Below, piece after piece: positions 26,501 through 38,400 of a stretch of DNA of 64,000 bases (position 1 is its first letter; every line of letters starts with the position of its first letter). The position numbers were made by a program, and so were the translations under genes. The notes beneath the pieces were generated by a model. That model saw only the letters and a list, made by a program, of their open reading frames with translations. It had not been told where the DNA came from and searched no databases. This DNA is from Balanoglossus misakiensis (taxonomy: Eukaryota > Animalia > Hemichordata): positions 12,820,142 to 12,884,141 of the forward strand of contig CM082580.2 in NCBI GenBank assembly GCA_040954595.2, given 5' to 3'.

Positions 26501-28286
26501 CAATCTTCCCAGATCCTAGATTTGCCGTGCGAAGGGCGAAGTGGAGAGCTGTGTTTTGACACATAAGTTTTCGACCACTCGGTATTTTATTGGGGAAAAT
26601 TTCGCTTTTACAAACTACATTTCTGGACTGCTGACGGGAAAAAAATCAACTGAAGATATGTCGATCCCTAAATCAACCAAAACTTTGGACATTAAACGGT
26701 GATCCAGCCCAAGAGTCTAGGTCAACACACTCTATCATTGCGCAAAATTGCACGTTGAAGACAGTTCCCCTTTTATCAACACTTTGACAGTATTTAAACG
26801 ATTCATCTCCTTATTTCGTTCCCAGTTTTTCATATCGCGTTTGAATCACAGCGAAGGGAATGGCTCGACAAGGCAATGAAAAATTCTCAGGCTGTCAGAT
26901 AATACTGGAATTCAAATCAAGTTCGACACAGTGACCCAAATAATATGTTGGGCGGTCAAAGGTTTCCGATGCCATGCCCGATACGAATGTTAGTTGTTAC
27001 GTACACAGAGAACCCGCTGCGGACTTTGTGAACCCAGTGGCGTAATTGTGTCACGAACTGTGCTATATTTGTCTACCAAGGTCTCTGCTTGAAACATGGT
27101 TTTAAAGCCTTTTGGCGTTCTGTCCGACGTTTGGGGTAGAAGGCGAGAAATGTTCTCCCCTCCCCCCTCTTTCTCTCTTCCCTCTTTCTGGATTCTGCAA
27201 CATGATTCACTTACTACACATCCACACACTGTGTAAGGTCTATGTTTACAGTCCATCTATGGTCTGACTAAAGTCGCGTTATTATACCGCGCCTTCTTTT
27301 CGTCTGGCCTTCAATACTACGCACGTCTTTTCACTGTAACCACTGGCCCGTGACAACTTGTTTTATCCCCATTGATGCATTGTTGGCATTGTAACAGGAC
27401 AAACGCAACAGTTGGGTGACTCACGCATTTCAAAGAAGTGCGTCTCTTTCAAAAAAGGAGGATTGAACCCCGCATGCTTGTTTGATTGTTGCCAGAAACA
27501 CGAATACCAACAGACATTCCCTGTTATTAGCATAGAATCGAGTCTACTGTCAGTGGTATAGTATGGTTAACATGCATTCAATTCTGTGTTATGAACCGTC
27601 TGTTAACCCTCTGGCAAGGTTGTTAAAAGTAAAGTCAGTTTACGGTTTAATATACATGTAGATTCTGTGCATTGTTCTGGAAATAAACATATATAGTTGC
27701 ATTTGCCCACCATGACTTTAGGAACCATACTTCACGGTCATTCTGTAAATGTTTAATTCAAGTTCTACCTGTTATGCAAATTTGTCTCGTCGAAATTAAA
27801 ATGGAGCGAAAAATCAAATTTGCACGGTTGTTTGCATACGCGATAGGCGATAATAAACACACACTTGCCATGATTGAGGCCATAGGAAAACAATGCTTAC
27901 TATCTAGAACTTTGGCCTTTGTGTATTGTAATCTGGGTACTAAAGCCCCAATTTGACTTTGACTTTGAAAGCGTGTGGACCATCAAGGTTTTGAAATTTG
28001 TCATGTTCTCTGTGCTGTTTTCAATAAATTCCCTGGATGTCTTAAGTGTTTACAGCAGACGTTTTACGGCGAATGGTGAGTAGGGGCGGATCCCCTTGCC
28101 GTACCAAGACTTTAAAAACACTGACCGGCTGTTGTTAATGCGTCACAATTGCTGTATGTACCCCAAACTTGGTTTTATAACCAACAGGAAAAAAAGTTGA
28201 AAAAGAACGCTTACTTTTATCCGCGGGTCAAGATTGCTGTCGTCTTCACCTTCCCCACAGGGAAGGGAGTTTTCCTTGTCCGTCAT
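23507..28286 (-). CDS. SH3BP5: SH3 domain-binding protein 5 family (Sab/parcas-like Rab11 GEF); ~7 coding exons
   Basis: LDPRIK|AELDQLNASTDEINRLENELD|EARAKFRQ...KARPYYEA|AQVEAQQAARKYQQASGVHRAARETIQLAEERL...FDTAWQEMLNHATIK|VMDAEREK...ISKSK|PYFELRA...YANSLKLLEQISDEIH...PRGVGVGAE; acidic C-terminal exon ends at 23507. Confidence 0.93.
24770..24816. repeat. Imperfect (GGT/GAT)n trinucleotide repeat in an SH3BP5 intron
   Basis: tggtgatggtggtggtggtggtgatgatgatagtggtagtggtg. Confidence 0.7.
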
Positions 28287-28399
28287 GTGGAAGCCGTTCC
28301 TTCGCTCAGCAGCAGCACAGTCAAACAGTGTCACCTTCCCACCAACGGTTTCCGTGCTACTAAACGATAGGTACCGGACTGCGCTCGGCTGTTGGCCAG

Positions 28400-28550
28400 T
28401 CGTGTGTGGGGTCAAAGGGCATACCCTCTATAGCGCCACCAGAAAACAAATAACGAACGCCAGAGGGCGTTGTTCAATTACAGGATTTGAAAATGGCGGC
28501 GCCATCGGGAACAGACTTCTGAAACTGTCGAAACTGTTACACTGAAGCAG
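28400..28550. promoter_or_regulatory. Bidirectional promoter between SH3BP5 (-) and an uncharacterised gene (+)
   Basis: YY1-type AAAATGGCGGC at ~28490-28500; first-exon donor CAG|GTGGGT at 28550; SH3BP5 ATG about 200 bp away on the opposite strand. Confidence 0.55.
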
Positions 28551-28802
28551 GTGGGTACGCTTTACATTATTCCAAAATTTTAGTGAATATACTCAACCAA
28601 ATTCTTTATCTTGTTAGTTCTCTCTTAAATGAGCCCGACAGTTTTATTTATTCGTGAATCAGCAAAAGTTTATACTGTACTCGATAAAAGTAGATGGAGG
28701 GGGGGGGGGGTTGTATGGGAACTAGTGTTCACATCAATGTGGTGTTACCTTTCACCTGTCTTTTGCTTTTCATAATCAAGAAGCCCAAACAGATTAGAAG
28801 CC

Positions 28803-31038
28803 ATGCCTAACATACCAACATTCAAGCAACACAGCAGATTGACCAGCAACAACACTGGCAGGGACACCAGTGCCTTAGATGTCTATGAATTCAACGAGCC
28901 TGGTTGTGATGTCAAGCCCAGTACTAAAGAGAAGCAGTGTAAGCACAGAGTGAAGGTTAGTTCATATTAGTGTTTTTCATGTATGAATCAAGGTAATCGT
29001 ACTATTGAACCTGTTAACATCCCCAAAAGTGAAAAGTTGCTGGTCCACTTGCCACAGATGATCACAACTGGTGATTTTTGACATTTCAGCCTGAAGTGGT
29101 GCAGGGTGTGCTCAATCTTATATTCAAAACCCAGCAAAGCATACAACATCTGAGAGAGAGGGAACAACAGCTGATAGCAAAGGATCAAGAACAAGGTTAG
29201 ATACTGCCACTAATCCAGGGTGGGATTATGACACTAATTCCTTTGGTGTAAATCTGTCCTTATGTGCTATCATAAATATCCAGAAGTTACACGGCTCGAT
29301 CTTGCTGTGGAGTTCTTGTTTGTTTACTTAGTTCCTTTGCATCTGTTCCTACTGTTATTCGCCAGTTTTGGAAGCTGTTAAACAGAACCATTAAATGTCT
29401 GTGACCACTCCCGCCCCTTCTCCATTTCAGATGACATGTCTGGTGGCAAAGGAAAGCTGCCATCTTCTAAAAAGAAGAGCAAAACAGAGACAAAGCATGA
29501 AGGTAAACTGCAGAAGAGAGGACTCGATGTATCAGTGTCATCGGCAGCTTGTGTTCACTTCAAGAAAACTAAGGTAGGTCAATGAATAATGACATCGGTA
29601 TTACTATAATCCTAGCAAACTAGTTCTAGAGGGTAAGTTATTGGCTATTACTAACAGTAACAGCCATGCATGTCTTGCTCATAAGGTCAAGTGGGATTGA
29701 TATTGCCAAAAACAACCTTAAAAATGGCCATGTGGTGGTACTTTTTTTTTTGCGTGGCCACCCTGTATCCTGTGGCTATCGCACAATCCATGCCATTAAA
29801 AGTATTTGAATAATTGAAATCAGTAACATCAGTAGACCTTATCACAGTTTGTTGAGTTGAAGGATGAGGTTTCTTCTTAGGCAGAATGATTTCATGTGAT
29901 ATATGATGCTGTTTAAAAGGATTGCCTCAATGGTAATAATATATTTTCACATTTGCTGCTGTAGATGGGATTGTACGTGATCAGTTGGTGTCTGTTATTT
30001 GCCCACCTCCTGACCTACTTTTGTTGTCGTTTCAATTTATATCCCGCTATGTTCCATCTGCCCCTTTTGCCATTCCTTCAAGCAGTTTCGGATACAAACA
30101 GATCGATGATGGCTTAATTCTCACACCAGAAATCAACATCCAATTTTTCTCAGGAAGTCAATCACATTGATTTATTATTCAGTTCACACAGAGTGTAGCC
30201 AACTCTTCCTAGTGTACTTTTTCTTGTTCACGTTGATATACATTTCAGTTCATTACAAATTGGCCATTGGCCTTGAAGGGATCTCATTACTTTAGTTGCT
30301 AAGCAACAGTTACCAAGTTTGATGTGGCTTAATGAAGGAGAACTCGGAGAAACATTGATAGCAACCTCCACATTTGTGCAGTTAGATCCCCCTAGAAATC
30401 AATTTTCTGATGACACAGCACCCTTGGCTTGTGAATATATATGTTTCAAAAATTGTTATTATACATGTATGTCTAAATTGCATGCTTAATATTTGTCTTG
30501 CTATCATGTGACAAACTCAAATTGAAAGGTTTGACAACCGTTATTGTGTCACGGCAAATGCCCATTGCAAAAGGAAATGGACATTTCATGTGAACATGAA
30601 TTAAGAAACATACACTGCATATAATATCTTCATGCCATCCTTGAAAGCACAGCAGCAGGGACGCTCAGTCACTTCCTTAGCGGGTCGTTATCTTGACAGT
30701 AAAATTGATGCAGTGTGCATCATGTGGAGAAGGCGCACGCAGATGCATTATTGAACAGACAGGCGCACAATTAGTCATCCCAGAGAGTCAATTTCATCTT
30801 TGTGGCGGTTAGCGAGAGACCGGAATAAACCTCCTGTGTATTGACACCAATATCCAAAGAGAGCAACATTTCCCCTTCTTCGAATGAGGACTAAATCAGT
30901 GTCTCTCTCTCTCTCTTGCTTTCTCATTCTCTCTCTCTCTCTATCACTCTCATTTAACAGTACAAGATAAAGACGGGTGGCAGCATCGGAGAAGAAACAA
31001 TTGGACTCTTGGACAGAAAGAGAGCTCAAAGTCTGTGA
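28803..31038 (+). CDS. Uncharacterised small Lys-rich protein; exons 28803-28955, 29090-29195, 29431-29573, tentative last exon 30961-31038
   Basis: Three exons join in frame through GT-AG introns (MPNIPTFKQHSRLTSNNTGRDTSALDVYEFNEP...; PEVVQGVLNLIFKTQQSIQHLREREQQLIAKDQEQ; DDMSGGKGKLPSSKKKSK...FKKTK). The terminal exon is a guess. Confidence 0.5.
30902..30950. repeat. (CT)n polypyrimidine microsatellite just before a putative 3' splice site
   Basis: tctctctct runs followed by tttaacag at 30953-30960. Confidence 0.75.
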
Positions 31039-31799
31039 TGTGCCTTGCATGCAGAGCCATCAGGAGTATTTGCATTTATTTTCAACAACTTATTGACATT
31101 ACAGTTTTCATTTTTGAGATTATTTAACAACAGTTATGTTAATTCATTCATCTACAAATGGTGAACTTGTTAACTGTACATCCCAATTTATTGATGTTTA
31201 ATTTGTATCTCTAAAGCCAATATCACATTCAGAATCCCCAAATTGAAGATGTTTGCACTTTGTATACACTAACTGTACTCAGATCAAACAGTATAAAGTG
31301 AACCATCATGCTTCTACTACAAACACGTCAAGCAACGTAATATTCTTGGTTTCATGTTTTGTTGAAAAAGAAGAGAGGTTAGTCAACAGTCTCCAAAGAA
31401 CACCTTGGCATTGCCTCAAAAGTGATCTTGATTATCAACAAATTTACTGTAGCACATAAATAAAAACTGACTGGGTTGAAGCAATTATTCTTGCAGTAAG
31501 TGTCGTCTTTAATGGCCCAGACAATAAAGATAATGTAGAATTCCTGGTGATGTTGTCTGTGTGTGCATGTCTTGATGCTGGCGTGATTTCTGTTTGTGTG
31601 TCATCCCGACGGCATTGTCATCTCTAATGCAGTTATCCCTGTTGACATATCACCGGATGTTACAAGAAAATCATCAGATTTCGGACATTAATGGTTATGC
31701 TTGTCAAATAGTATACAGTCACCTATGGAAATAAATTTTGCTAGTTACCATGGCAAACCGAGAACAGCAAAAACCACAGCAACGGCAAAAACGGTTTAA

Positions 31800-31884
31800 C
31801 CCTTTCACCACAATGGTTCAGTCCAAATCCATTGTTTTCTATGGTAAGGTTGGACCACTAAAGAGGGAACTGGGGGTGAAAGGG
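31800..31884. mobile_element. 85-bp piggyBac-type MITE, copy 2 (inverted relative to copy 1)
   Basis: TTAA|CCCTTTCACC...GGTGAAAGGG|TTGA; internal sequence is the reverse complement of 14373-14457 with a few substitutions. Confidence 0.8.
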
Positions 31885-34049
31885 TTGATCATATTGCCCT
31901 TGTGGCTAAGATTAACAGTTCAACAAGCTTACGAGATTGCTTTTCAGAAAACGATGGAACGTAAGAACTCATCATATATAGCTATTTCGAGGAATTGAAA
32001 CTGGGGGGGGGGGGGTTATCACATGGAATTAACGATGACGCAATTTCTCTATTAAAAAGACTTTGCAGGGTAATCCTTTGGAGGTTTCATGGTATAGATG
32101 TTAAGTCATTGATATAGAGCTCTGAAAAGGGGGAATTCATACAGACTAATTGAAGCGGAGAGTAACAGGAGATATCCATTACCCAAAGGCAATTACTGAT
32201 TGGTGTTTTAGCAGGCTTCACTTGCCTGTGCATGTGTGGTACATATATCAATAAGAATGGGCGATCTTCGCAATAAGAAAGGCAATTTCCAATGACGAGA
32301 CTTGTCATCTTCATATGATAAGAAGTGAAATTTAATGGGGATTCAATCCTATATCACGAAGAAACTGTAAAATTGTATATTGTCGAATTACATTTATGTG
32401 TTGTGTCGAATTAATTTTGGCTGATCCCACAGTCCTTTGAACGCGCTTTCTTAAAATCAAGATGGCGGCGGCTGACAATTACCGGTATTAATGTCTTTCT
32501 CGCATAAAGTTCAAAAAGGGGACGTTGTGCAAGTTGTGAAACGTTTCGGGGCGGTTCGTCGTCCAATAAAAATGAAGTATGCTCGATAGTTGAAATACGT
32601 GGTCTGGTCTTATACACCTGTCAAAAATGCAGATATTTAAAAATGTTTTTATTTTGCGGGTCACGTGACGTGGCGAGACTTGAGACGCGTCAGAGCAAAG
32701 TTCTCGCCGCTGATTGGTTGGAGCCACCTGGACCACCTCCACTTGGAAAATTTCCGTCTAGCCTTCCGTGCATTTTCAAAAGTGACGGCCATGCTGCTGC
32801 ATGTAGGACGTGTTGCGGAGAGGATGCGGAAAACCCTGTCCCAAACAGAGTTTCTCCGCTGGATAGTTTTCATGACGACAGCGGTAAGTAAAGTAACAGA
32901 AGTAGACACAGTTACTCCATTTTTGACCAGAAACATGGGTTATTCTGTGGTGAATTACGGACAACTAAAAAGCCAGACGTGTACACCACGGAATTGAAAA
33001 TTTGGATGCGTCACCGTCAGACAGCTCGAGTCAGATCTTCCCTGCGTTTTCATTCACAAATTCTACCCTTTCGGGTTACTCAACTTGAGATGTACGGTTT
33101 ATCAAATTAGGACAAGTCGGTGTTATAGCTCTACTGGTAGACGGCAGGTTTTTTTTCTTGCATAAAAAACAAGGTAGTTTTTCGGGGAATTGGAAGGGGG
33201 CTACGATGAATTGGTAGAGGGTTCGATGAATTGACAGCGGGCTCACGTGTAGTCGGCGTGTTTCCGAGTGTGAGCGAATGCAAATTTTGTATAACACTAC
33301 CAGACAATGGCAAAAATAAGCTTTGGAACGCTTCATTTGGAGCAGATATTTTTTGTGTCAGTACAGTTTTTGCCCCCCAAAATATTTTTGTTTGTCGGAG
33401 TTTAAAATGTTCCGCTTGGCTGTAGGCCTAAACTTGACAATATGTAAATGTACGTAGAGCCATGCTACTTGTCTGTCAGCGAAGCCCGATATTTGGTTTC
33501 GTGTTCATGGATAGGCATTCAATTTGTTTCCTCATTTTGCAGATCGAAGGCCCAGATGAACTGATGTTGGATACTCTGCGTGGATGCTATGATGTTATCA
33601 AGCATGATGTCAAAGTAAGCGGTATTAGCCAAGTTTTTGGGCAATTTTTAAGAACTTTCAACGATTCTGACTGGTGCCGGTAGCCAGTTCAGCGAACCAA
33701 TTTTGCACAAATCTGAAGAATGCAACAATACGGATGTCATATGTGGATGTCATTACAGTTTTAAAACCAACATGACTACATGCTCGGTGCATGGGTCATT
33801 TTTGTTACGGCACCAACAAGTTCATCGGCTTTGAATGCTTCGAAAGGTGCTCGTTGTTGTGATTGTGTGTGCATGTGTGTCACGGTAAGTTGTACGGTAT
33901 ATTTGGGCCATGCAACTAGACTACAATGAGGTGAGCGTTTGTATGTTCCATGGCTGAATGAAGACCAGTGGATGAAGTTTCGTAACAAGTAAGTTATATA
34001 GACATAAATAAAATCCCCGGTGCGGGTGGGTCCCATCCCTCAGACCGTC

Positions 34050-34770
34050 AGTTAATACTTAATACAAGTTTTTTTTAGAAATGTTATCTTTCGTCATTAT
34101 TCAATAAAAATAAAATAAAAACATACACGCACTCATAATACTTGGAGTGGTTTATTTCCGTACCGATCATCTTCCCCTCGCGTACTAGTATATAGTTAAT
34201 ACAGTTTTTTTTAGAAATGTTATCTTTCGTCATTATTCAATAAAAATAAAATAAAAACATACACGCACTCATAATACTTGGAGTGGTTTATTTCCGTACC
34301 GATCATCTTCCCCCTCACGTATATAGATAATACAGGTTTTTTTTAGAAATGTTATCTTTCGTCATTATTCAATAAAAATAAAATAAAAACATACACGCAC
34401 TCATAATACTTGGAGTGGTTTATTTCCGTACCGATCATCTTCCCCTCGCGTATATAGTTAATACAGTTTTTTTTTAGAAATGTTATCTTTCGTCATTATT
34501 CAATAAAAATAAAATAAAAACATACACGCACTCATAATACTTGGAGTGGTTTATTTCCGTACCGATCATCTTCCCCCTCACGTATATAGTTAATACAGGT
34601 TTATTTAGATATGTTATCTTTCGTCATTATTCAATAAAAAATATTAAAAACATACGTGTATTGATAAAACTGAGAGTGGTTTATTTCCGTACCGATCATC
34701 TTCCCCCTCACGTATATAGTTAATACAGGTTTTTAGATATGTTATCTTTCGTCATTATTCAATAAAAAAT
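34050..34770. repeat. ~131-bp AT-rich tandem repeat, ~5.5 copies, with a degenerate copy to ~34915
   Basis: Unit aatacagtttttttagaaatgttatctttcgtcattattcaataaaaataaaataaaaacatacacgcactcataatacttggagtggtttatttccgtaccgatcatcttcccctc.cgtatatagtt recurs at ~34061, 34198, 34328, 34460, 34592, 34722. Confidence 0.95.
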
Positions 34771-34959
34771 ACTGTGTGTATGTCTGTATGTCTGTTAGCC
34801 TGTTTTTATGGTGAAATGTTATTTACTTTTCAGGTATATTTACCACAACTTCAATCAATAAAACTTTATCGAAACATACTGGCATAACCCGAGTGGTTTA
34901 TTTTGCACCCATCTTCGCGAATTTTATTTTTCAGATTTGTAGACTTTTGACGTTTTCCT

Positions 34960-35462
34960 ATTATAGACATTCACTTCATTTGCTTTTTTTTGCAGATGCA
35001 GAGACGAGATCAACTGATGAAGGGTATTCATCAACCATGCTTGGGGCTTAAATGACTAGTTATTTTCGCCATGCAGCGGTATAGCTGGGTGAGGTAAAGG
35101 GCTGGTATGTTCTATGGCTGAACGATCATGAATATTAGTCATTCATTTTCATTTGCTTGCTTTGCAGATCCAGAGACGAGATCAACTGATGGTGGTATTC
35201 ATCAACCAAGCTGTGACCCAAGTAACAAGTTTTCTTCGCCATGCAGCAGTATATTTGGGTGAGGTAAAGGGCAGGTATGTTCCATGGCTGAACGATCATG
35301 AATATTAGTCATTCACTTTCATTTGCTTGTTTTGCAGATCCAGAGACGAGATCAACTGATGGTGGTATTCATCAACCAAGCTGTGACCCAAGAAACAAGT
35401 CTTCTTCGCCATGCAGCAGTATACTTGGGTGAAGTAAAGGGCAGGTATGTCAGTGGCCGAAC
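34960..35462. repeat. ~171-bp tandem repeat, 3 copies, each an intron 3' end plus a 96-98-nt exon-like block plus donor
   Basis: tttgcagat.cagagacgagatcaactgat...catcaacca...ttcgccatgcagc.gtata..tgggtga.gtaaaggg...gtatgt repeats at 34996, 35168 and 35338. Confidence 0.9.
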
Positions 35463-38400
35463 GAAGGCCAGAGGTTTCAAGCAATGTTGAGCAAGCGATA
35501 TAGACAACAAAGCCCCCCTTTCGGGTGGCCAAGATAATTGCCAGACAGTGTAGACATCTTTGTAGGAGACTTTTCATTTACAATCCTTTTTACAATCCTT
35601 TTTTATTCCAGGGATCCCATAGATGATGCTGAGATGATTGCCAGCCTGTGTGATTGATGTCCACAGATGACTGCATGACATAGGGAGGTAAGAATTTTGG
35701 GAAAGGAAATTGAAGCATTGACGGAGACAAAACATATGACATGTGGGATATGACATGTGGGGGTGTGGTGTGTTTGTCCACAATATTCAGGCGCTGTCGG
35801 TTTAACTCGTTACAATTATGAGCTTATATGGATACATCTACGTTGCCAAATAGTGAAATTTCAGACAACTATACAGAATTTCCATGATGTACCATCTGCG
35901 AATGAACAGCAATTGGCGTACAGGCGTGACCATGCTTTGTTTCGTGTTCATGAATATTAAAGACATTAATTTCTACATTGCTTGTTTTGCAGGTGCAAAG
36001 ACCAGATGGTATCCAGCAACCAATTTGTTATTAAGAAAATTTACCTAAATGATCTGCTTGTTGTATTCCAGTATTTATGAATATGAGCATGTTTTTCTTT
36101 TCATATTGTAAGTTTACAAATAATACTGTGAACATGTACTTTCTTTTGTTTATGTTTTCAATACTTTAAAATTAAAATTTTCAATGATCTAGATTAAAAT
36201 GAAATACTTGTGTCTGTCATTTTATTACTCCAACACTGCCTTGATGTTGAGATAATTGAAACGGGTAAGGTCAAAGGTCGGCCCGTTAATTTGTAGCAAA
36301 CTCTGTGGTCCCATTGAAACTCGAATAGCGTCAGATTTGAATCCATTATAGATACTGACAAATGCCACTGAAAAGTCCACACAATTTTGGCAAATTAATT
36401 CTGTTCCCGTAATTGGCCATAGCAACCGAGATCTTGGTCTTTGCTTCATACTGACGCTCAGGAAATTCAAAAGTAGGCGAAAGATCACCTGTATACATGG
36501 AAACCTGTTTTCTAAATTTGCTAAAATGTTCAACAGTATTTCAAAAGTTTACTTTAGAATATTTATAAATATAAATTAAAGTCAGGCTGTTATCACTGTC
36601 AATGAGGAATACTAGTACACAAAAAGACTGACTTTGGTACATCCAACAGATCACAACATTAACTGTTCTTTTCAATACCCTTGTTGCTGAGTACAGGATA
36701 CAATCAACTGACAAGACTTAGCCAATCTTCGTGTGTGTCCACAAATCCAAGCCTTTCAACTTGGAATGTCTGTTTAAAAACAACCCATTATGGCGCTGTC
36801 ACTCAAACGTGCGTCATCAGATAAAAAACATATTCGGATAAATTGAACAACACGAAGACACGCAGTGGGCTCTGATCCGATGTACGTGTATGAAATCACA
36901 CTCACGTTGACAGGTGGGAACTGGGCCACCGAGACCAGCGCTGCACGTTTTCAGTTTATTGATGTCACTGTTGAAAGAAGTGAACGTCGGGTTAAAAGAT
37001 TCTTGAAAGTCATCAATCCAACACAATCTATCTTCTGCTGTGCGACAGTTCAGCAGTAAAAGGCAGCTAACAGGGCAATGCTGTAGATTGCGAGCATTGA
37101 TTTACGTTAATATAGAGCGTCCTTGTCGATAAAACGGGCGATCCTGAATGATATCTTCTCGGCACTGAGTCGTTTGTTACACGTGTACCAGGCGAGCTCA
37201 AACAACGATGATGCTATACGTAAATCAAGATGCTCTTTTGCCTTCCTCTGCCATAGCCATGATGCCAATATCACGAGGAATAGTTGTGATTAGAGGTAAG
37301 TGCGTATTTTATTTCTTTTGTATATGAAATCCGCTGAATTTGCTATCTGGTTTGTTGCAAATTATTTTTCCCGCTAGCGGAAATCTTCCGAACGTGCATG
37401 TCATCCCTAAAAATGCAACTTGAACATTGTGGGTATTTCTGACCGAGAGCGAGGCACGTCTCCTTTGGGGAAACAACTCCCGGGCATTCATTAATCGCTG
37501 AATTTTGCCGCGTGCGCTAGCGCCAGCGCCAGCGGTTGCGATTGATTAAGCAAAGTGCGCTTGACTTCCAAGGGCATCGTGTCTCAGATGACTTCCCTTC
37601 CAGCCTACACACCGTCTTTTAGCTTCGTTGATTTTGGTATGATGAGGTCATTCAATTGTTACAGTCAACCGTGGCAAAACAAAAATGATCGGCGTCGATA
37701 TTTTAATGCGATGATGCGGATGACGTGAACGGCAATGTCATTCGAAAAGCCGCTTTTTTCCCGTCTGTCTCATCCCGACTTTACCTTGAGCCATCAGACT
37801 GATCCTTGCCGGGAAAGCCTTCGTGACACAGACCCACAAGTTATTACTGCGCGGGTTTCACGGAATAAAAAGCCTCTTGCTTGAATATAATCTACCCTGC
37901 ATGAGATTAACGTGAGTCATCCGATTGGATGTCCCAAAGCCGCTCAATTCTCGCCCACTCCCCTCGCAGGATTTCGTTGGCGATCACATGACCAGCGAGA
38001 CAAGAAACAGTCACTCGACGCCTCATAAGCACATGCCCTCGTCGGGTGAAAACAGTGCGTTGTCGGCGATGTACCCTCCTGTATCGGAAACGACTGGTCG
38101 TACGGTAACAGATCCCCGTGTCTCCGTACACTCGTAAAGCGAAACCTGAAGCGCATCCACGAACGCGAACATTAAGTAAGTAGTCTTGTCTAGTTCATTC
38201 TTGATGGTAAAGGCACTTAATTCTGACAGCCTCTCTTCTATAGTAGTATATGTTACCTTGTCGTACGATATATCTGATCTCCATTACACATTCCGAGCAG
38301 TGAGTAGCAATCGGGTCTTATATCTGTGTGTATGTGTTCTCCAACTCATCCGTACTCAACTAAACCCCATAAAAGAGTAGGGTATAGAAAATGTCTTTAA

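Larger units (their letters stand above)
32791..36034 (+). other. Putative spliced transcript (small ORF or lncRNA) built from repeated intron-exon cassettes
   Basis: Donor GCG|GTAAGT at 32883. Related acceptor+exon cassettes start at 33543, 34996, 35168, 35338 and 35993 (shared 'catgaatattag.cattca.ttt.atttgc..tttgcag|a/gt.ca.aga.cagat'). YY1-type CAAGATGGCGGC at ~32458. Confidence 0.4.

Noticed and set aside
28493-28522. ATGGCGGCG as start codon of the + strand gene
   Set aside because: TGA follows after 9 codons; better explained as a YY1-type promoter motif or a uORF.
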